Source: an uncultured delta proteobacterium | Lineage (GTDB): Bacteria > Desulfobacterota > Binatia > UBA9968 | Length of the DNA stretch: 64,000 nucleotides | Direction: 5' to 3' | NCBI GenBank assembly: GCA_963737905.1 | Contig: CAVTUQ010000029.1 | Coordinates: 45,223 to 109,222, forward strand | Shown: positions 18,703-29,067 of the stretch, one piece after another | Layout of the letters: every line of letters begins with the position of its first letter | How positions within the stretch are numbered: position 1 is the first letter of the stretch | Notes under the pieces: model-generated | What the model was told of the DNA's origin: nothing | Database searches by the model: none | The model's input: the letters and a program-made list of their open reading frames with translations, nothing else | Translations under genes and position numbers: made by a program

Positions 18703-19731
18703 ATGATGAAAAAAGTCGTGCCACTCGTAATCTTCACGCTGTGGCACTTAAACCTCCTCGCCCAGGAGCCATTTTACCAGGGGAAAACCGTCAGGGTCGT
18801 AGTGGGCAGCAGCGCGGGCAACACTCAGGATCAAATGAGCCGTCTGATCGCCCGACACTTATCGAAGTACATTCCGGGAAATCCGAATGTGATCGTCGAG
18901 AATCGGGCTGGCGCCAGCTCGATGATCTTGGCCAACTACCTTTTCAAGGTCGCTAAGGACGATGGTTTGACCATCGGAGTGGTCTCGCGAGCGCTCTATT
19001 TCGATCAGCTCGTGGGTCGCAAGGAGGTGCAGTTCGATTGGGCGAAGTTTGCCTGGATCGGCAGCCCGGTTGAAGGGCATGAAGTGCTTTTTGTTGCGGG
19101 TAAGGCACCCTACAGGAGCATCCGCGATGTGGTGAGCTCCGGTGAATCGGTTAAATGCGGTGCTTCGGGGACGACATCGACGGGCTATTACATTCCAAAG
19201 CTCATGAATGAAATTTTCAGCACGAAATTTCATATCGTAACCGGGTATGGCGGTGGCGCGGAACTGGACCTTGCCGTGCAGCGAGGCGAGACCCAATGCC
19301 GCGCCACCAGCGTCTCAGGTTTTACCGGCTTTGGCGCGTTCAAGGATTGGCGTCAAACCGGCTCCGCGCGCGTTCTGGTGCAAACCGGGCGAAAAAGAGA
19401 TCCTAAGTTGTCCGATGTTCCCACGGTTTTCGAACTCATGGATGAATTCAAGACTCCGGAGTGGGGCCGTCGTTTAGCGGCGGTGTTGCTTAGCCCAGGG
19501 GAGTTTGGTTGGCCAATGGTTGGACCGCCGGGTATTTCCGCAGACCGGGTCAAGGTCCTGCGCGGCGCGTTCCAAAAAGCGGTTGCCGACCCTGAGCTGA
19601 TCGCGGAGGCCAAGAAAAGACAGTTGGAGCTCAGCCCCTCTAGCGGTGAAGAGCTAGAGGTCGTGGCGAAGGAAGTGATCGCTCAACCCCCTGATGTTAT
19701 CGAACGAATGAAAAAGCTGCTTGAGAACTAA
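18703..19731 (+). CDS. Tripartite tricarboxylate transporter substrate-binding protein (TctC/Bug family)
   Basis: FYQGKTVRVVVG, KYIPGNPNVIVENRAGA, VTGYGGGAELDLAVQRGE, DVPTVFE. Confidence 0.9.
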   Translation: MMKKVVPLVIFTLWHLNLLAQEPFYQGKTVRVVVGSSAGNTQDQMSRLIARHLSKYIPGNPNVIVENRAGASSMILANYLFKVAKDDGLTIGVVSRALYFDQLVGRKEVQFDWAKFAWIGSPVEGHEVLFVAGKAPYRSIRDVVSSGESVKCGASGTTSTGYYIPKLMNEIFSTKFHIVTGYGGGAELDLAVQRGETQCRATSVSGFTGFGAFKDWRQTGSARVLVQTGRKRDPKLSDVPTVFELMDEFKTPEWGRRLAAVLLSPGEFGWPMVGPPGISADRVKVLRGAFQKAVADPELIAEAKKRQLELSPSSGEELEVVAKEVIAQPPDVIERMKKLLEN

Positions 19732-19798
19732 TCCCGGATGAAGTTGAGCAGCGGGAGTAAGTAATGGGATATGGCGATCAATTGAAAGGAGGGCGGGG

Positions 19799-20860
19799 TT
19801 GAAACTACGAATCGGCAATGCGTGCTGGCATGCTTTTCATGTTCAACATGCCGCATTGGCTCTCGAAGCCGGTTTTTTCTCTCAAGAAGGATTGGATGCG
19901 GAGATCGTGCACGCCAAAATTAATTCCAAGGCGATTGAGTCGAGCCGGCCGGGTGGCGAGCGCTACGACGAGGTCGGCACCGTGGTGCGCGACATGGTCG
20001 CCTTTGGCATCGACATCATTCCCGATGTCCACGTGCGCACGCCGTTTGCCGAGCGCGCGTTGGGCAACGACGAAGTGCGGATCATTGGGGGCTGGCGGAG
20101 CCAGTTTCGCGGCACCTTGGTAGCGGCGCCTGGAATCAAGTCGATGGGAGAACTGCGCGGCAAGCGGATCGGGGACTGGTACAAAGGTGGCATAGCCACG
20201 ATGTGGTATGAGCAGCAGCTTCGTAACGTCGGGATCGATCCGGACCGAGAAATCGACTGGAAGATCGGTTACAGGTATGGATCCCTTCGAGAAGCATGGA
20301 AGCCTTTGTTAGCGGGAGAGACGGATGCGGCCATTGTGCAGAATCCGTTTGTGTCCCAGTTGTTGGAGCGCGGGTTTAACAAGCTCTATGATTTTGTCGA
20401 AGACAACAAACCTCACGGGCGGCCAGACCGAGTGACGGTGGCGCGCAAATCATTCATCGAGCGCAATCCGGAGTTGATCAAGCGCTATTGGAAGGCCTCG
20501 ATTCGCGCCTATCAGTTTATGCGCATCAAAGAAAACTACCCGTTCTTTCGCTTTGTCGAGGCCAAGCTGCGGGTCAACAACCCCGACGAAGCCGAGCGCG
20601 CGCGCGACCTCTTTCCGATGATGCTCATGGATGACCATTTCTTTCCGCTGGATGGCCAGGTCAGCGCTGAAGGGATACGGCGCATCTTGGAAGAACATAA
20701 AGCCGGAGGCGCGCTTTCCCGATCGATCGGTGGCGCGGATATCGAAGAGGTACTGCGGAAAGAGCTCGTGGAGGAAGCCTGGCACGAGGTCTCCCAGACC
20801 GAAGAAGTGAAACGCAATCTCGAGCACCTCCAACCCGTGATTGCTCGGGTAGGGTTCTAG
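19799..20860 (+). CDS. NMT1/SsuA-fold protein without signal peptide; paralogue of 17575-18639
   Basis: TTG start after GGAGG; shares DIIPDVHVRTPFAERALGNDEVRIIGGWR and KPHGRPDRVTVARKSFI. Confidence 0.75.
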   Translation: MKLRIGNACWHAFHVQHAALALEAGFFSQEGLDAEIVHAKINSKAIESSRPGGERYDEVGTVVRDMVAFGIDIIPDVHVRTPFAERALGNDEVRIIGGWRSQFRGTLVAAPGIKSMGELRGKRIGDWYKGGIATMWYEQQLRNVGIDPDREIDWKIGYRYGSLREAWKPLLAGETDAAIVQNPFVSQLLERGFNKLYDFVEDNKPHGRPDRVTVARKSFIERNPELIKRYWKASIRAYQFMRIKENYPFFRFVEAKLRVNNPDEAERARDLFPMMLMDDHFFPLDGQVSAEGIRRILEEHKAGGALSRSIGGADIEEVLRKELVEEAWHEVSQTEEVKRNLEHLQPVIARVGF

Positions 20861-20998
20861 AAGATTGTTTGACACGAATTGTCGAGCGAGGATAGTCTCG
20901 CTTGTGCGTGGAGCGTTAGGATAGCCAATCCGCACTATTCATATTGTTGACCGAGTAAGCATCGTAGCGAGCAGAAACAGGCGGTGGTGGGCGATCCC

Positions 20999-22036
20999 AT
21001 GGCAGAGAAAACCCGAATGTATATCGGCACGGATTCCGGGCTGACCGTGTTGACGAAGGTCGGCGACGTTTGGCGGCACCGTCAAAAGGCTCTCAGCGGA
21101 AAATTCGTGAGAGCCATGACCAGCGTGGCCGGCACCAATAGCGTTTACGCGTGCGTTACCGGCGAGGGGGTTTTCGCGTCGAGAAACGGCGGCAATAGCT
21201 GGGAATTAGTATTTCCGGGAAACGTTCATTCGGTTACCGTAGACCCCAATGACTCGCAGGTTGTCTATGCGGGCACGGAGCCGGTGAGTCTTTTTCGTTC
21301 AAAAAACAGCGGTAGGAGCTGGTGTGAATTACCCGGACTTAAAAATCAGCCGGAAGCAGTGACTGACAAATGGTGGTTTCCCCGCCCACCCCACGAAGGA
21401 CACGTGTTGTCCATCTACGTCGATTGGCATGATCCACGGATACTCTGCGTCGGGCTGGAGCATGGCGGAATACTCAGGTCGGTTGACGGCGGCGAAAATT
21501 GGGAGGATCTATCCACGGGAATCGAATATCTAGACATTCACACGGTTAAAGGCGACCCCAATCACGCGACTCTCTACTATACCGCCACCGCGCGCGGTTT
21601 TTACCGCAGCGATCAATATGGGCGCAATTGGATTTTCTCAGAGGCGGGAATCGATCGGAGCTACTTTCACGATTTGGTGGTGATCCCGGGAGAACCTCCG
21701 ACGTTGCTGTTGACGACAGCTAATGGCACGCCGCCGGCGTGGATGAGGCAAGAAAAAGCCCAGTCCGCGATTTTTCGGAGCTGCGACAGCGGGCAAAGCT
21801 GGCACCAGCTCGCCGGCGGGCTGCCCCAAAGCATGGAGCGCATGGTTTGGAACCTGAGCGTCGATCCAAACGATCCCGATCACCTTTACGCTGGCACCGG
21901 CGAAGCCCAAGACCAACGGATCGAGTCCGCCACCACTCACGGCGCCGTGTGGGTCAGCATCAATCGTGGAGATACATGGCGGCAGATCTACGAAGGACCC
22001 AACACGGTGCGCTCGGTGTGTGTGGGGCTTCCGTAA
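20999..22036 (+). CDS. BNR/Asp-box repeat beta-propeller protein
   Basis: SRNGGNSW, YAGTEP, RSVDGGENW, WWFPRPPHEGHV, SINRGDTW. Confidence 0.85.
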   Translation: MAEKTRMYIGTDSGLTVLTKVGDVWRHRQKALSGKFVRAMTSVAGTNSVYACVTGEGVFASRNGGNSWELVFPGNVHSVTVDPNDSQVVYAGTEPVSLFRSKNSGRSWCELPGLKNQPEAVTDKWWFPRPPHEGHVLSIYVDWHDPRILCVGLEHGGILRSVDGGENWEDLSTGIEYLDIHTVKGDPNHATLYYTATARGFYRSDQYGRNWIFSEAGIDRSYFHDLVVIPGEPPTLLLTTANGTPPAWMRQEKAQSAIFRSCDSGQSWHQLAGGLPQSMERMVWNLSVDPNDPDHLYAGTGEAQDQRIESATTHGAVWVSINRGDTWRQIYEGPNTVRSVCVGLP

Positions 22037-22105
22037 ATAGCGGCCGGCTGTCCGTCACAAGCCGGCGCCGCGAAGACCAAACACGGGATTTTGGGAGATC
22101 TGATC

Positions 22106-22963
22106 GTGAGCCTTGAGGCAACTTCGGAAAAACCATGGGCGCCGCCGCCGGACGAAGAACTCAGCTGGTTTCGCGCCGACCAAAAATTATTCGCTACGCC
22201 GCGACCCCTCGACTGCACATTGGAAATCCATGCTCTGGTGTTCGGCTTGACTTACGCTTTGGAGAGCAATGAGTTTCCCCTTCACGCCCTGCGCTCGCGT
22301 CTGCTCCATGGGCGTATTTACCTTGCTGCGGTGCCGTCCGCGATGGCGGAGAGGGATCTAGGGCAGCGGCTGAAAAATATTCACGATCAGAGCATTCGTT
22401 TTACGAGGAATATCCAACGCGCCTGGGAGCAGCAAATTAAACCCGCGGTTAAAAAGCATAACCAATGGTTTGAAGAGATCGCGAACTTTGCCGGCTCGTC
22501 GTCAGAACTGGCTTGGCAAGTCCGCAAGCTCAGGCGCGAGCGTGGCAACCAGTGGTTTACTATGATTCGCGGAATCGTGGCCCCGGCGGCGCTCTTGCAA
22601 GCCAACGTTCACGAATTCGGGCCGGAGGTCGCCGGGCTCGCCGTCAGCCTCACACGCCAGGGGCTCGAGCGGGTCGCGGATCGCGGACGGGCGCTCGCTA
22701 CATGGGCGCTCACGCGCGTGGGCGAGCGATTGGTTGAAGCCAACGTCATCGACAAAGCCGACGACGTTTTCTGGCTTGAGTGGCAAGAAGTCCGCGAGCT
22801 TTTGCAGACCGGCCAAGATCGCCGTGTTCTTCTAGCGGGGCGGAAGGCGGAGGCAGCGCGCCTAAGTCAATTGGAAGCGCCGGAAACCCTCGGCCCAAAG
22901 TTACCGCCGGATGCGCCGCGAATGTATCTCATTCACGAAATACTGGAGCTCCTTGACTTGTAA
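22106..22963 (+). CDS. Hypothetical protein resembling the central helical region of PEP-utilizer/rifampin-phosphotransferase-like enzymes
   Basis: GRIYL and GERLVEANVIDKADDVFWLEWQEV...R.AE...APETLG signatures; no ATP-grasp or His-swivel domain. Confidence 0.5.
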   Translation: MSLEATSEKPWAPPPDEELSWFRADQKLFATPRPLDCTLEIHALVFGLTYALESNEFPLHALRSRLLHGRIYLAAVPSAMAERDLGQRLKNIHDQSIRFTRNIQRAWEQQIKPAVKKHNQWFEEIANFAGSSSELAWQVRKLRRERGNQWFTMIRGIVAPAALLQANVHEFGPEVAGLAVSLTRQGLERVADRGRALATWALTRVGERLVEANVIDKADDVFWLEWQEVRELLQTGQDRRVLLAGRKAEAARLSQLEAPETLGPKLPPDAPRMYLIHEILELLDL

Positions 22964-23003
22964 ACACGCGGCGTCTGCGATTGACAGCGGACAGAGAAAT
23001 TTC

Positions 23004-23552
23004 ATGAAACGACCGTGTCGCTGCCTTTGCTGGGTTGCGTTCCTTTTGTTCCTGACGATTGTTTCACCGTTGTCGGCCAATCCTCGACCCGGATGTTGGC
23101 TATGGAAACAAAATCCGTGGAAGCCACGATTTTTCCTCCTCCTTGGAACTTTCGACTCAGACAAGAAAGGATTTAAGGAATTGGCATTCGCCGGCGAGCA
23201 TGTCACCGAGCCCTTTGTTGGCATTGCAACCAGCGTCGAAAAAATCCAAAGCAACCCAACCCAGGTCAAAAAAATGTTGCGCGTCTTTCTACATCGTATG
23301 AAAGCGATAACAGAGCGAAAAGAAGCGGCAGGATTTATCGCCCGTAGCTATAGGTTGGAACCGGAAATCGCCGCGGAGATGTACGAAACGACCTTTCGAA
23401 CCTTGACGAAAGACGGCACGTTGGACCAGGGAGTCTTGCGGGATTTCGTGAAGGTCGTCAAAGAAGAGGTCGGGGTCACCAAGAACGTGGCGGTGGCGGA
23501 GGTCGCGGATTTCAGTCTCTTGAGCGAAGCGTTGAAGGAGACGGGAAACTGA
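23004..23552 (+). pseudogene. Internally deleted, frameshifted NitT/TauT-type SBP
   Basis: Signal peptide (PLSA), then RMLAMETKSVEATIFPPPWN in another frame, then KGFKELA...VADFSLLSEALKE; N-terminal lobe missing. Confidence 0.7.
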
Positions 23553-23658
23553 CGCGCTCCTGGCTGCAAGGCCACCATTCAAGAAACCATGGGTCGCTTA
23601 CATAGACGTTTGCTAAGTCCCGCTAGTGGAACGAAGCGTCAAAGAAGTGGAACGGAGA

Positions 23659-24666
23659 ATGTCGAGAAGATTTTGCGGCGATAAGACAAAGAGACTGGCC
23701 GCGCTCTTTCTATGGTTCATTATTTTCCCTGCTCGGCTTCCGGCAGAACCGATCCGTACGGTGGTGCCACAATCGAGCCTCAACTATCTTTCCGTCTATG
23801 TTGCAGAGAGCAAAGGATTCTTTAATCAGGAAGGTCTCGAAAACGAAACCCTCGTGCTGGCGGGACCCGTAGCGGCGGCCGCTCTAATTAGCGGCAGTGT
23901 CGATTTCGGTGGTGGCGGCGGGAGCGCGATGCGTGCTGCGGCGGGCAGCGGAGCGCCGTTGAAGGCGATTTTCTTCCAGACCGACACGGTCACGTTTTAT
24001 CTGGTCACGGACACGAGCATCGTCAAACCGGCCGATCTCAAGGGGAAGAAAATCGGCGTCGGAGGCATTGGCTCCAGCCAGGATCGCATCATCCTTAAAT
24101 ACATCGAACAAGCCGGATTATCATCAAGCGATATTACGCGCATTGCCATGGGCGCTGATGCTGGACGGCGCATTCTTGCGATCAAGACAGGATCGATTCA
24201 CGCCACACTGCTTGACCCCGGCACGCTCAGCTTCGCGGAGCAAGAAGGGCTCAATGTTCTGGCTTTCATGGGCGACTTGTTTCCGTTTCCTTTTCAAGTT
24301 TTTGCAACCACGGACAAAAAACTAAAAGAGAACCCGGAACAGGTGAAGCGGTGGCTCAAGGCGATGGCCAATGCGTTGATGTTTATCCGTGATCGACCGG
24401 AAGAAGCAGCGGAAGTCGGGATCAAACGACTTCGGGTCGGCGCTATCACCAAAGCCGCCATGCTCGGCGGCATCAAACGCTACACCCGGGCCGTGGCATC
24501 GGGCGTGCCAGGGCTGCCGTCCAGCGAAGGGATTAAGAACGTGATCGAATACGAGGTCAAACTTCCTCTGAAGATTGATCGGGAAATAGCGCCAGAGAGC
24601 CTCATGAATCTCAAGCTCATCGCTGAGGTAAAGGCAGAACTGGAAAGCAAGAGAACGCCACGATGA
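23659..24666 (+). CDS. NitT/TauT-type solute-binding protein
   Basis: Signal peptide; KGFFNQEGLENE, DLKGKKIGVGG. Confidence 0.88.
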   Translation: MSRRFCGDKTKRLAALFLWFIIFPARLPAEPIRTVVPQSSLNYLSVYVAESKGFFNQEGLENETLVLAGPVAAAALISGSVDFGGGGGSAMRAAAGSGAPLKAIFFQTDTVTFYLVTDTSIVKPADLKGKKIGVGGIGSSQDRIILKYIEQAGLSSSDITRIAMGADAGRRILAIKTGSIHATLLDPGTLSFAEQEGLNVLAFMGDLFPFPFQVFATTDKKLKENPEQVKRWLKAMANALMFIRDRPEEAAEVGIKRLRVGAITKAAMLGGIKRYTRAVASGVPGLPSSEGIKNVIEYEVKLPLKIDREIAPESLMNLKLIAEVKAELESKRTPR

Positions 24667-24681
24667 GGAGAAGAGAACGTC

Positions 24682-25662
24682 ATGATTTCAAAGATCGCTC
24701 CGCCGCAAATCCGTGCCATCACCGGGCTAGAGCTTGCCGCGGGTGTGTTCACCAAGTGTTCGGATGAACTGGCGAGCCAGCTCACGGTCTCGCTGAGTTC
24801 AGGCAACCGAGAATCCGGGCAAACCCCGTTGCGCATCGGCATTAACGGCGATGTCTATGGCGGCATGAGAGCGCCGGTGGAGGTCGGCACGAGACGCGTG
24901 GATATCGCTTATGTCAATCCGTCCGCGATGGTGACTATGGCTTACCGGGGGAAAGGTTACTACAAACAGAAAATGGCGCTGCGGGTCCTGGGTTCGTTTC
25001 CGTCCTGGGATCGAATCGCCATCGTTGTCTCCAAGGATCTCGGAGTTAAATCGTTGCACGACATCCGGCGGCGAAAGATACCATTGGATGTATCCACGAG
25101 GTTCTCGGGCGTGGACAACGCGACCTATTACACGATCTCGACGATTCTTTCATTCTACGGGCTCTCTTTCGAGAAGATCAAGCGTTGGGGCGGACAAGTG
25201 CAGGAATGCCCGCGACCGTTCGCTCCGGAGCGCCTTAGGGGCATTGCGAAACGTTCTATCAATGCGGTGTTCGATGAAGGGGTGAGCACGGTCGGGGGCT
25301 GGTTGGATCAAGCGCTCGAAAGCGGCTACGAGATTCTTTCGCTGGAACCGGAGATCGTGAAGAAGTTAGAGGAGATGGGCTATAGCAAAGCTCTGCTGCC
25401 AAAGAAGCGCTACCGGCAATTGAGAGAGGACGCTTTGACCATCGACTTTAGCGGCTGGTCTTTGGTGACTCATCGATGGCTGCCAAACCGTGTGGCCTAT
25501 GCGGCGGTGGAAACTATCGACGAGAGGAAAAAAATGATTCCGGTGGATGATGACAAGCCGCTCGATATGAGAAATCTATGTCGCAGCACGGAAAAATGCT
25601 CGTTGCAGATTCCGCTGCATCCGGGCGCGCTCAACTATTACAGGAAAAAAGGGTATCTGTAA
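24682..25662 (+). CDS. TAXI-family (TRAP) solute-binding-like protein lacking a signal peptide
   Basis: VKSLHDI, C-terminal IPLHPGALNYYRKKGYL typical of TAXI. Confidence 0.7.
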   Translation: MISKIAPPQIRAITGLELAAGVFTKCSDELASQLTVSLSSGNRESGQTPLRIGINGDVYGGMRAPVEVGTRRVDIAYVNPSAMVTMAYRGKGYYKQKMALRVLGSFPSWDRIAIVVSKDLGVKSLHDIRRRKIPLDVSTRFSGVDNATYYTISTILSFYGLSFEKIKRWGGQVQECPRPFAPERLRGIAKRSINAVFDEGVSTVGGWLDQALESGYEILSLEPEIVKKLEEMGYSKALLPKKRYRQLREDALTIDFSGWSLVTHRWLPNRVAYAAVETIDERKKMIPVDDDKPLDMRNLCRSTEKCSLQIPLHPGALNYYRKKGYL

Positions 25663-25699
25663 GTTTCGATGAGCGGAGTGAGAGAAAAAGTCACGCGGC

Positions 25700-26755
25700 T
25701 CAGATCAAACGCACCCAGGGTTTCTGAAGCGAGGTCGCATAGCCGACTTCGGTGGCGTCCTTGACGCCAGCGGCGTGAAGTTCTTCGACGAGTTTGGCGG
25801 CTTGCTTTTTTCCAATGGCAATCAGGAGACCGCCTGAGGTTTGGGGGTCGATGGCGACTTCGACCAGGCCTTCGCGGATGGATTTCTCAATGGTGATCTT
25901 GTCTTGCAGATATTCGCGGTTTCTCTTGCAACCGCCCGTGATGTAGCCCTTTTCGGCCAGGCGGGCAGCCCGGTGGAGCAAAGGCAGCTTCGCCGATTCT
26001 ATCACCAGGGTGACGCTGCTGCCGCTCGCCATCCCGAGTGCGTGTCCCAGGATGCCAAAACCGGTCACGTCTGAGCACGCGTGCACAGGAAATTTCCGTG
26101 CGACTTTAGAAGCGGCCGCATTGAGTGTAATCATCGACTGCACCGCAGCGTCGACACTTTCCCTAGCAGCTTTTCCCTTTTTGAGCGCAGTGCTGATGAT
26201 GCCGGTGCCGAGAGGCTTGGTTAAGATTAAGACATCGCTTTCCTGCACGCCCACATTGCGAAAGATCTTGTCGGGATGGATGACTCCCGTGACGGCCATG
26301 CCATACTTGATTTCTTCGTCGATGATGCTGTGCCCGCCGATGATCACAGCGCCGCTTTCTTTTACTTTGTCGGCACCCCCTCGCAGAATCTCCCCGAGGA
26401 TCTCGATGTCCATTTTGCCCTTGGGAAAGCAGACAATGTTCATTGCCGTTTTGGGCTCCCCGCCCATGGCATAGACATCGCTCAGGGAATTGGCGGCGGC
26501 GATTTGGCCAAAAACATAAGGGTCATCGACAATGGGAGTGAAAAAATCGACGGTGTTGACGATGGCGAGGTCGGGACCCAGACGATACACCCCCGCGTCG
26601 TCGGAGGTTTCAGTTCCGACCAGCATATTGGGGTTATCGAACTTAGGCAGGCCGTGCAAAACTTGCACGAGGTCGGCGGGGCCGAGCTTGGCGGCTCAAC
26701 CCGCGGCCTTGACCTCTTGCGTCAGCCGGACTGCTTTGTTTTTCCCGAGCTTCAT
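25700..26755 (-). CDS. selD: Selenide, water dikinase (selenophosphate synthetase); selenoprotein with Sec at codon 20
   Basis: ATG 26755 MKLGKNKAVRLTQEVKAAG-UGA(26698-26696)-AAKLGP; DDAGVY, TVDFFTPIVDDP, DVTGFGILGH, DPQTSGGLL. Confidence 0.95.
26653..26669 (-). promoter_or_regulatory. Candidate bacterial SECIS apical hairpin
   Basis: mRNA CGUGCAA-GUU-UUGCACG; loop begins with G, ~33 nt after the UGA. Confidence 0.65.
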
Positions 26756-26856
26756 AGGATTTGACTCTAATTCTATCGTAACCTGAATTCAATGCGGGGG
26801 TGCTATCCTTTATTCACAGAAGAGTGACCGAGAAAGTGTCTCTGGACCTGTACCTT

Positions 26857-26936
26857 CGTTCAAGGTTCAACGTTCAAAGTTCAATGTGGACGAGACCGCC
26901 TGTCTCCTTGAACCTTGAACCTGGAACTTTGAACTT
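26857..26936. repeat. Inverted 7-bp-period repeat (GTTCAAG/A ... TTGAACC)
   Basis: gttcaaggttcaacgttcaaagttcaatg ... ccttgaaccttgaacctggaactttgaac. Confidence 0.8.
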
Positions 26937-26990
26937 CCGTGCCCGCTCACTCCGATGCTCACTTCTTGGTCTCGGTCCGTGAAATCCGGG

Positions 26991-28910
26991 CTATTTCCCT
27001 GCGCCAGCCGAGGATTTGAGGCGCCGAACATCGCCGATTCTAATGGTCAGGCCCTCGCGATCAAAATATTCCAATAGGGGGATCGTGTACTTGCGGCTGG
27101 AACCGATAAGATCGCGAAATGATGCGGCAGCAATCTCACCTTTTTCAGAGAGAAATTTCTTGAGAACAGCCCTCACCCGATCGACCGTGCTCGATAGATA
27201 ATAGAGATCGCTCGTCACTCGAATTACAGATCCGTCTCGTTCCAATAACCGGATGACCTCAGTCAACTTGTTACGGTTGACGCCGAGCTGCTTTTCGATC
27301 TCCTTCAAGTCCGGCGGTGACATCGGTTGCTCGCCGAGGATCTTCTTGATTCCGTCCATGAGGGATTTTTCCTGGCCGCCGAGCTGGACCCGATGTTCCG
27401 CTGTGCGCAGCAGATTCTCTTCCTTGGCGATGGCCTTGTCCGAAATGAGAGCATCCACGACAGCGCGAAAGATCTTCGCCGAGAGCGTGTACGGGAGTTT
27501 TCCGCGCAATTCCTCCATGTCCATTCCTGGTACAAGAGCATGCGTTTTGTGGAATTCCTTCAATGTGACGAGGATCGTGGCCTTCAACCGCTGCCCTTTG
27601 CTGTCGGTCGTGTAAACTCGTTCGCCCTCTGCATTGAAAGCGCGAAGACTTTCGATCTTATCGAGTTGCGCTTTTACCACCTCTTCGTGCAGGTTTAAGA
27701 ACTGTTGGATCGATTCCATGGGTAGAGCAAAGTCACCGCTTTCGTTTAGAAAGCTCTCGGTGAGTTGCGTCACGTCCCCCAGATGCAGCGATTTCAGACG
27801 GTTTTTTAGGTTAGGCTCTCTGCGTTTATGCTTACTTGCCCAGGGATGGATGACGACCCCGCCGCCGAGTGTTTTTCTCGCCGTCTCGTCGCGGATAATA
27901 AAATGATCGTTGCGCAGAGCCAGCAGAGGCTCGGAAAGCGTGATTTGACAGTACGTCGACTCCTTCGGACCGACCTTGTCCTCGGCGCCCAGAAGGATGA
28001 TCTTGGCAAGCCGTTCTGCGGTGCCAAGGTGCACTCGGATTCGCTGATGATTTTTGATTCCCTTTGCCGCTGCTGGTCTGACTTCCAAAAATGCATCGAA
28101 TCGGTCCGACGTTAGAGTGAGTTTCTCGTGACAGATGACGTGTCCCCGTTCGATTGACGCTCGCTCCGGCCCGCTCAAGTTCAGGGCTACCCGCTGGCCC
28201 CATCCCGCCGTGTCCACCGAACGACCATGCACCTGCAAGCTGCGCACGCGAAAAAGCTCGCCTCCGGGCAAACAACGCACACGATCGCCGGTTTGAACTT
28301 CGCCGCTGAGAGCGGTTCCCGTGACGACGACGCCATGTCCTTGCATTACGAAGGCACGGTCCACGGGGAGTCGAAAGTAGCCGCTCGGGACGGACTTGCC
28401 GGTGCTCTTCAGTGTCCGCGAAAGTAAATCCTTTAACTCCGTGAGTCCCTGTCCGGTCACCGACGATACCGCAACAATCGGAGCATCCTCCAACACAGTG
28501 CCAAGGGTAAGAATTTTGATTTCTTCTTCGATCTCCGGGATTCTCTCGGGAGAAACCAGATCGACTTTGGTAATAGCGAAGATCGCCATCTTCACGCCGA
28601 GCAGGTGGACGATATCCAAGTGTTCTTCGGTCTGGGGCATGACGCCGTCATCGGCGGCGACGGTGAAGAGAACCAAGTCGATGCCGTGCGCCCCGGCGAG
28701 CATGTTTTTGATGAAGCGCTCGTGCCCGGGAACGTCGACGACGCCCGCTTGCGTTCCATCCGGTAGATCGAGATGAGCAAATCCCAGATCGATGGAGATG
28801 CCGCGCTCTTTTTCCTCCTTCAGGCGGTCCGTATCCTGTCCCGTCAGTGCTTTGATCAGGCTGGTTTTTCCGTGATCGATGTGGCCGGCGGTGCCGATGA
28901 TGTAGGGCAT
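26991..28910 (-). CDS. selB: Selenocysteine-specific elongation factor
   Basis: [44 protein letters not shown]-terminal [13 protein letters not shown] winged helix. Confidence 0.97.
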   Translation of the reverse strand: MPYIIGTAGHIDHGKTSLIKALTGQDTDRLKEEKERGISIDLGFAHLDLPDGTQAGVVDVPGHERFIKNMLAGAHGIDLVLFTVAADDGVMPQTEEHLDIVHLLGVKMAIFAITKVDLVSPERIPEIEEEIKILTLGTVLEDAPIVAVSSVTGQGLTELKDLLSRTLKSTGKSVPSGYFRLPVDRAFVMQGHGVVVTGTALSGEVQTGDRVRCLPGGELFRVRSLQVHGRSVDTAGWGQRVALNLSGPERASIERGHVICHEKLTLTSDRFDAFLEVRPAAAKGIKNHQRIRVHLGTAERLAKIILLGAEDKVGPKESTYCQITLSEPLLALRNDHFIIRDETARKTLGGGVVIHPWASKHKRREPNLKNRLKSLHLGDVTQLTESFLNESGDFALPMESIQQFLNLHEEVVKAQLDKIESLRAFNAEGERVYTTDSKGQRLKATILVTLKEFHKTHALVPGMDMEELRGKLPYTLSAKIFRAVVDALISDKAIAKEENLLRTAEHRVQLGGQEKSLMDGIKKILGEQPMSPPDLKEIEKQLGVNRNKLTEVIRLLERDGSVIRVTSDLYYLSSTVDRVRAVLKKFLSEKGEIAAASFRDLIGSSRKYTIPLLEYFDREGLTIRIGDVRRLKSSAGAGK

Positions 28911-28920
28911 CTTTGAGTCA

Positions 28921-29031
28921 GTTCAAAGTTCAGGGTTCAATGTTCAACGTGCCGCCTTTGGCCCGGTTCAAAGTTTTGTGTTCAAGGTTGGGACGTGGGG
29001 ACGTTGAACCTTGAACTTTGAACCTTGAACC
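28921..29031. repeat. Inverted 7-bp-period repeat (GTTCAA ... TTGAAC)
   Basis: gttcaaagttcagggttcaatgttcaacg ... ttgaaccttgaactttgaaccttgaacc. Confidence 0.8.
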
Positions 29032-29067
29032 AGTAAGTCCGGTCATGGTTGCGTAATTCTGAAATCA

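Noticed and set aside
25700-26668. ORF-track start of selD at 26668
   Set aside because: It omits the catalytic N-terminus; the real start is 26755 with UGA read-through.
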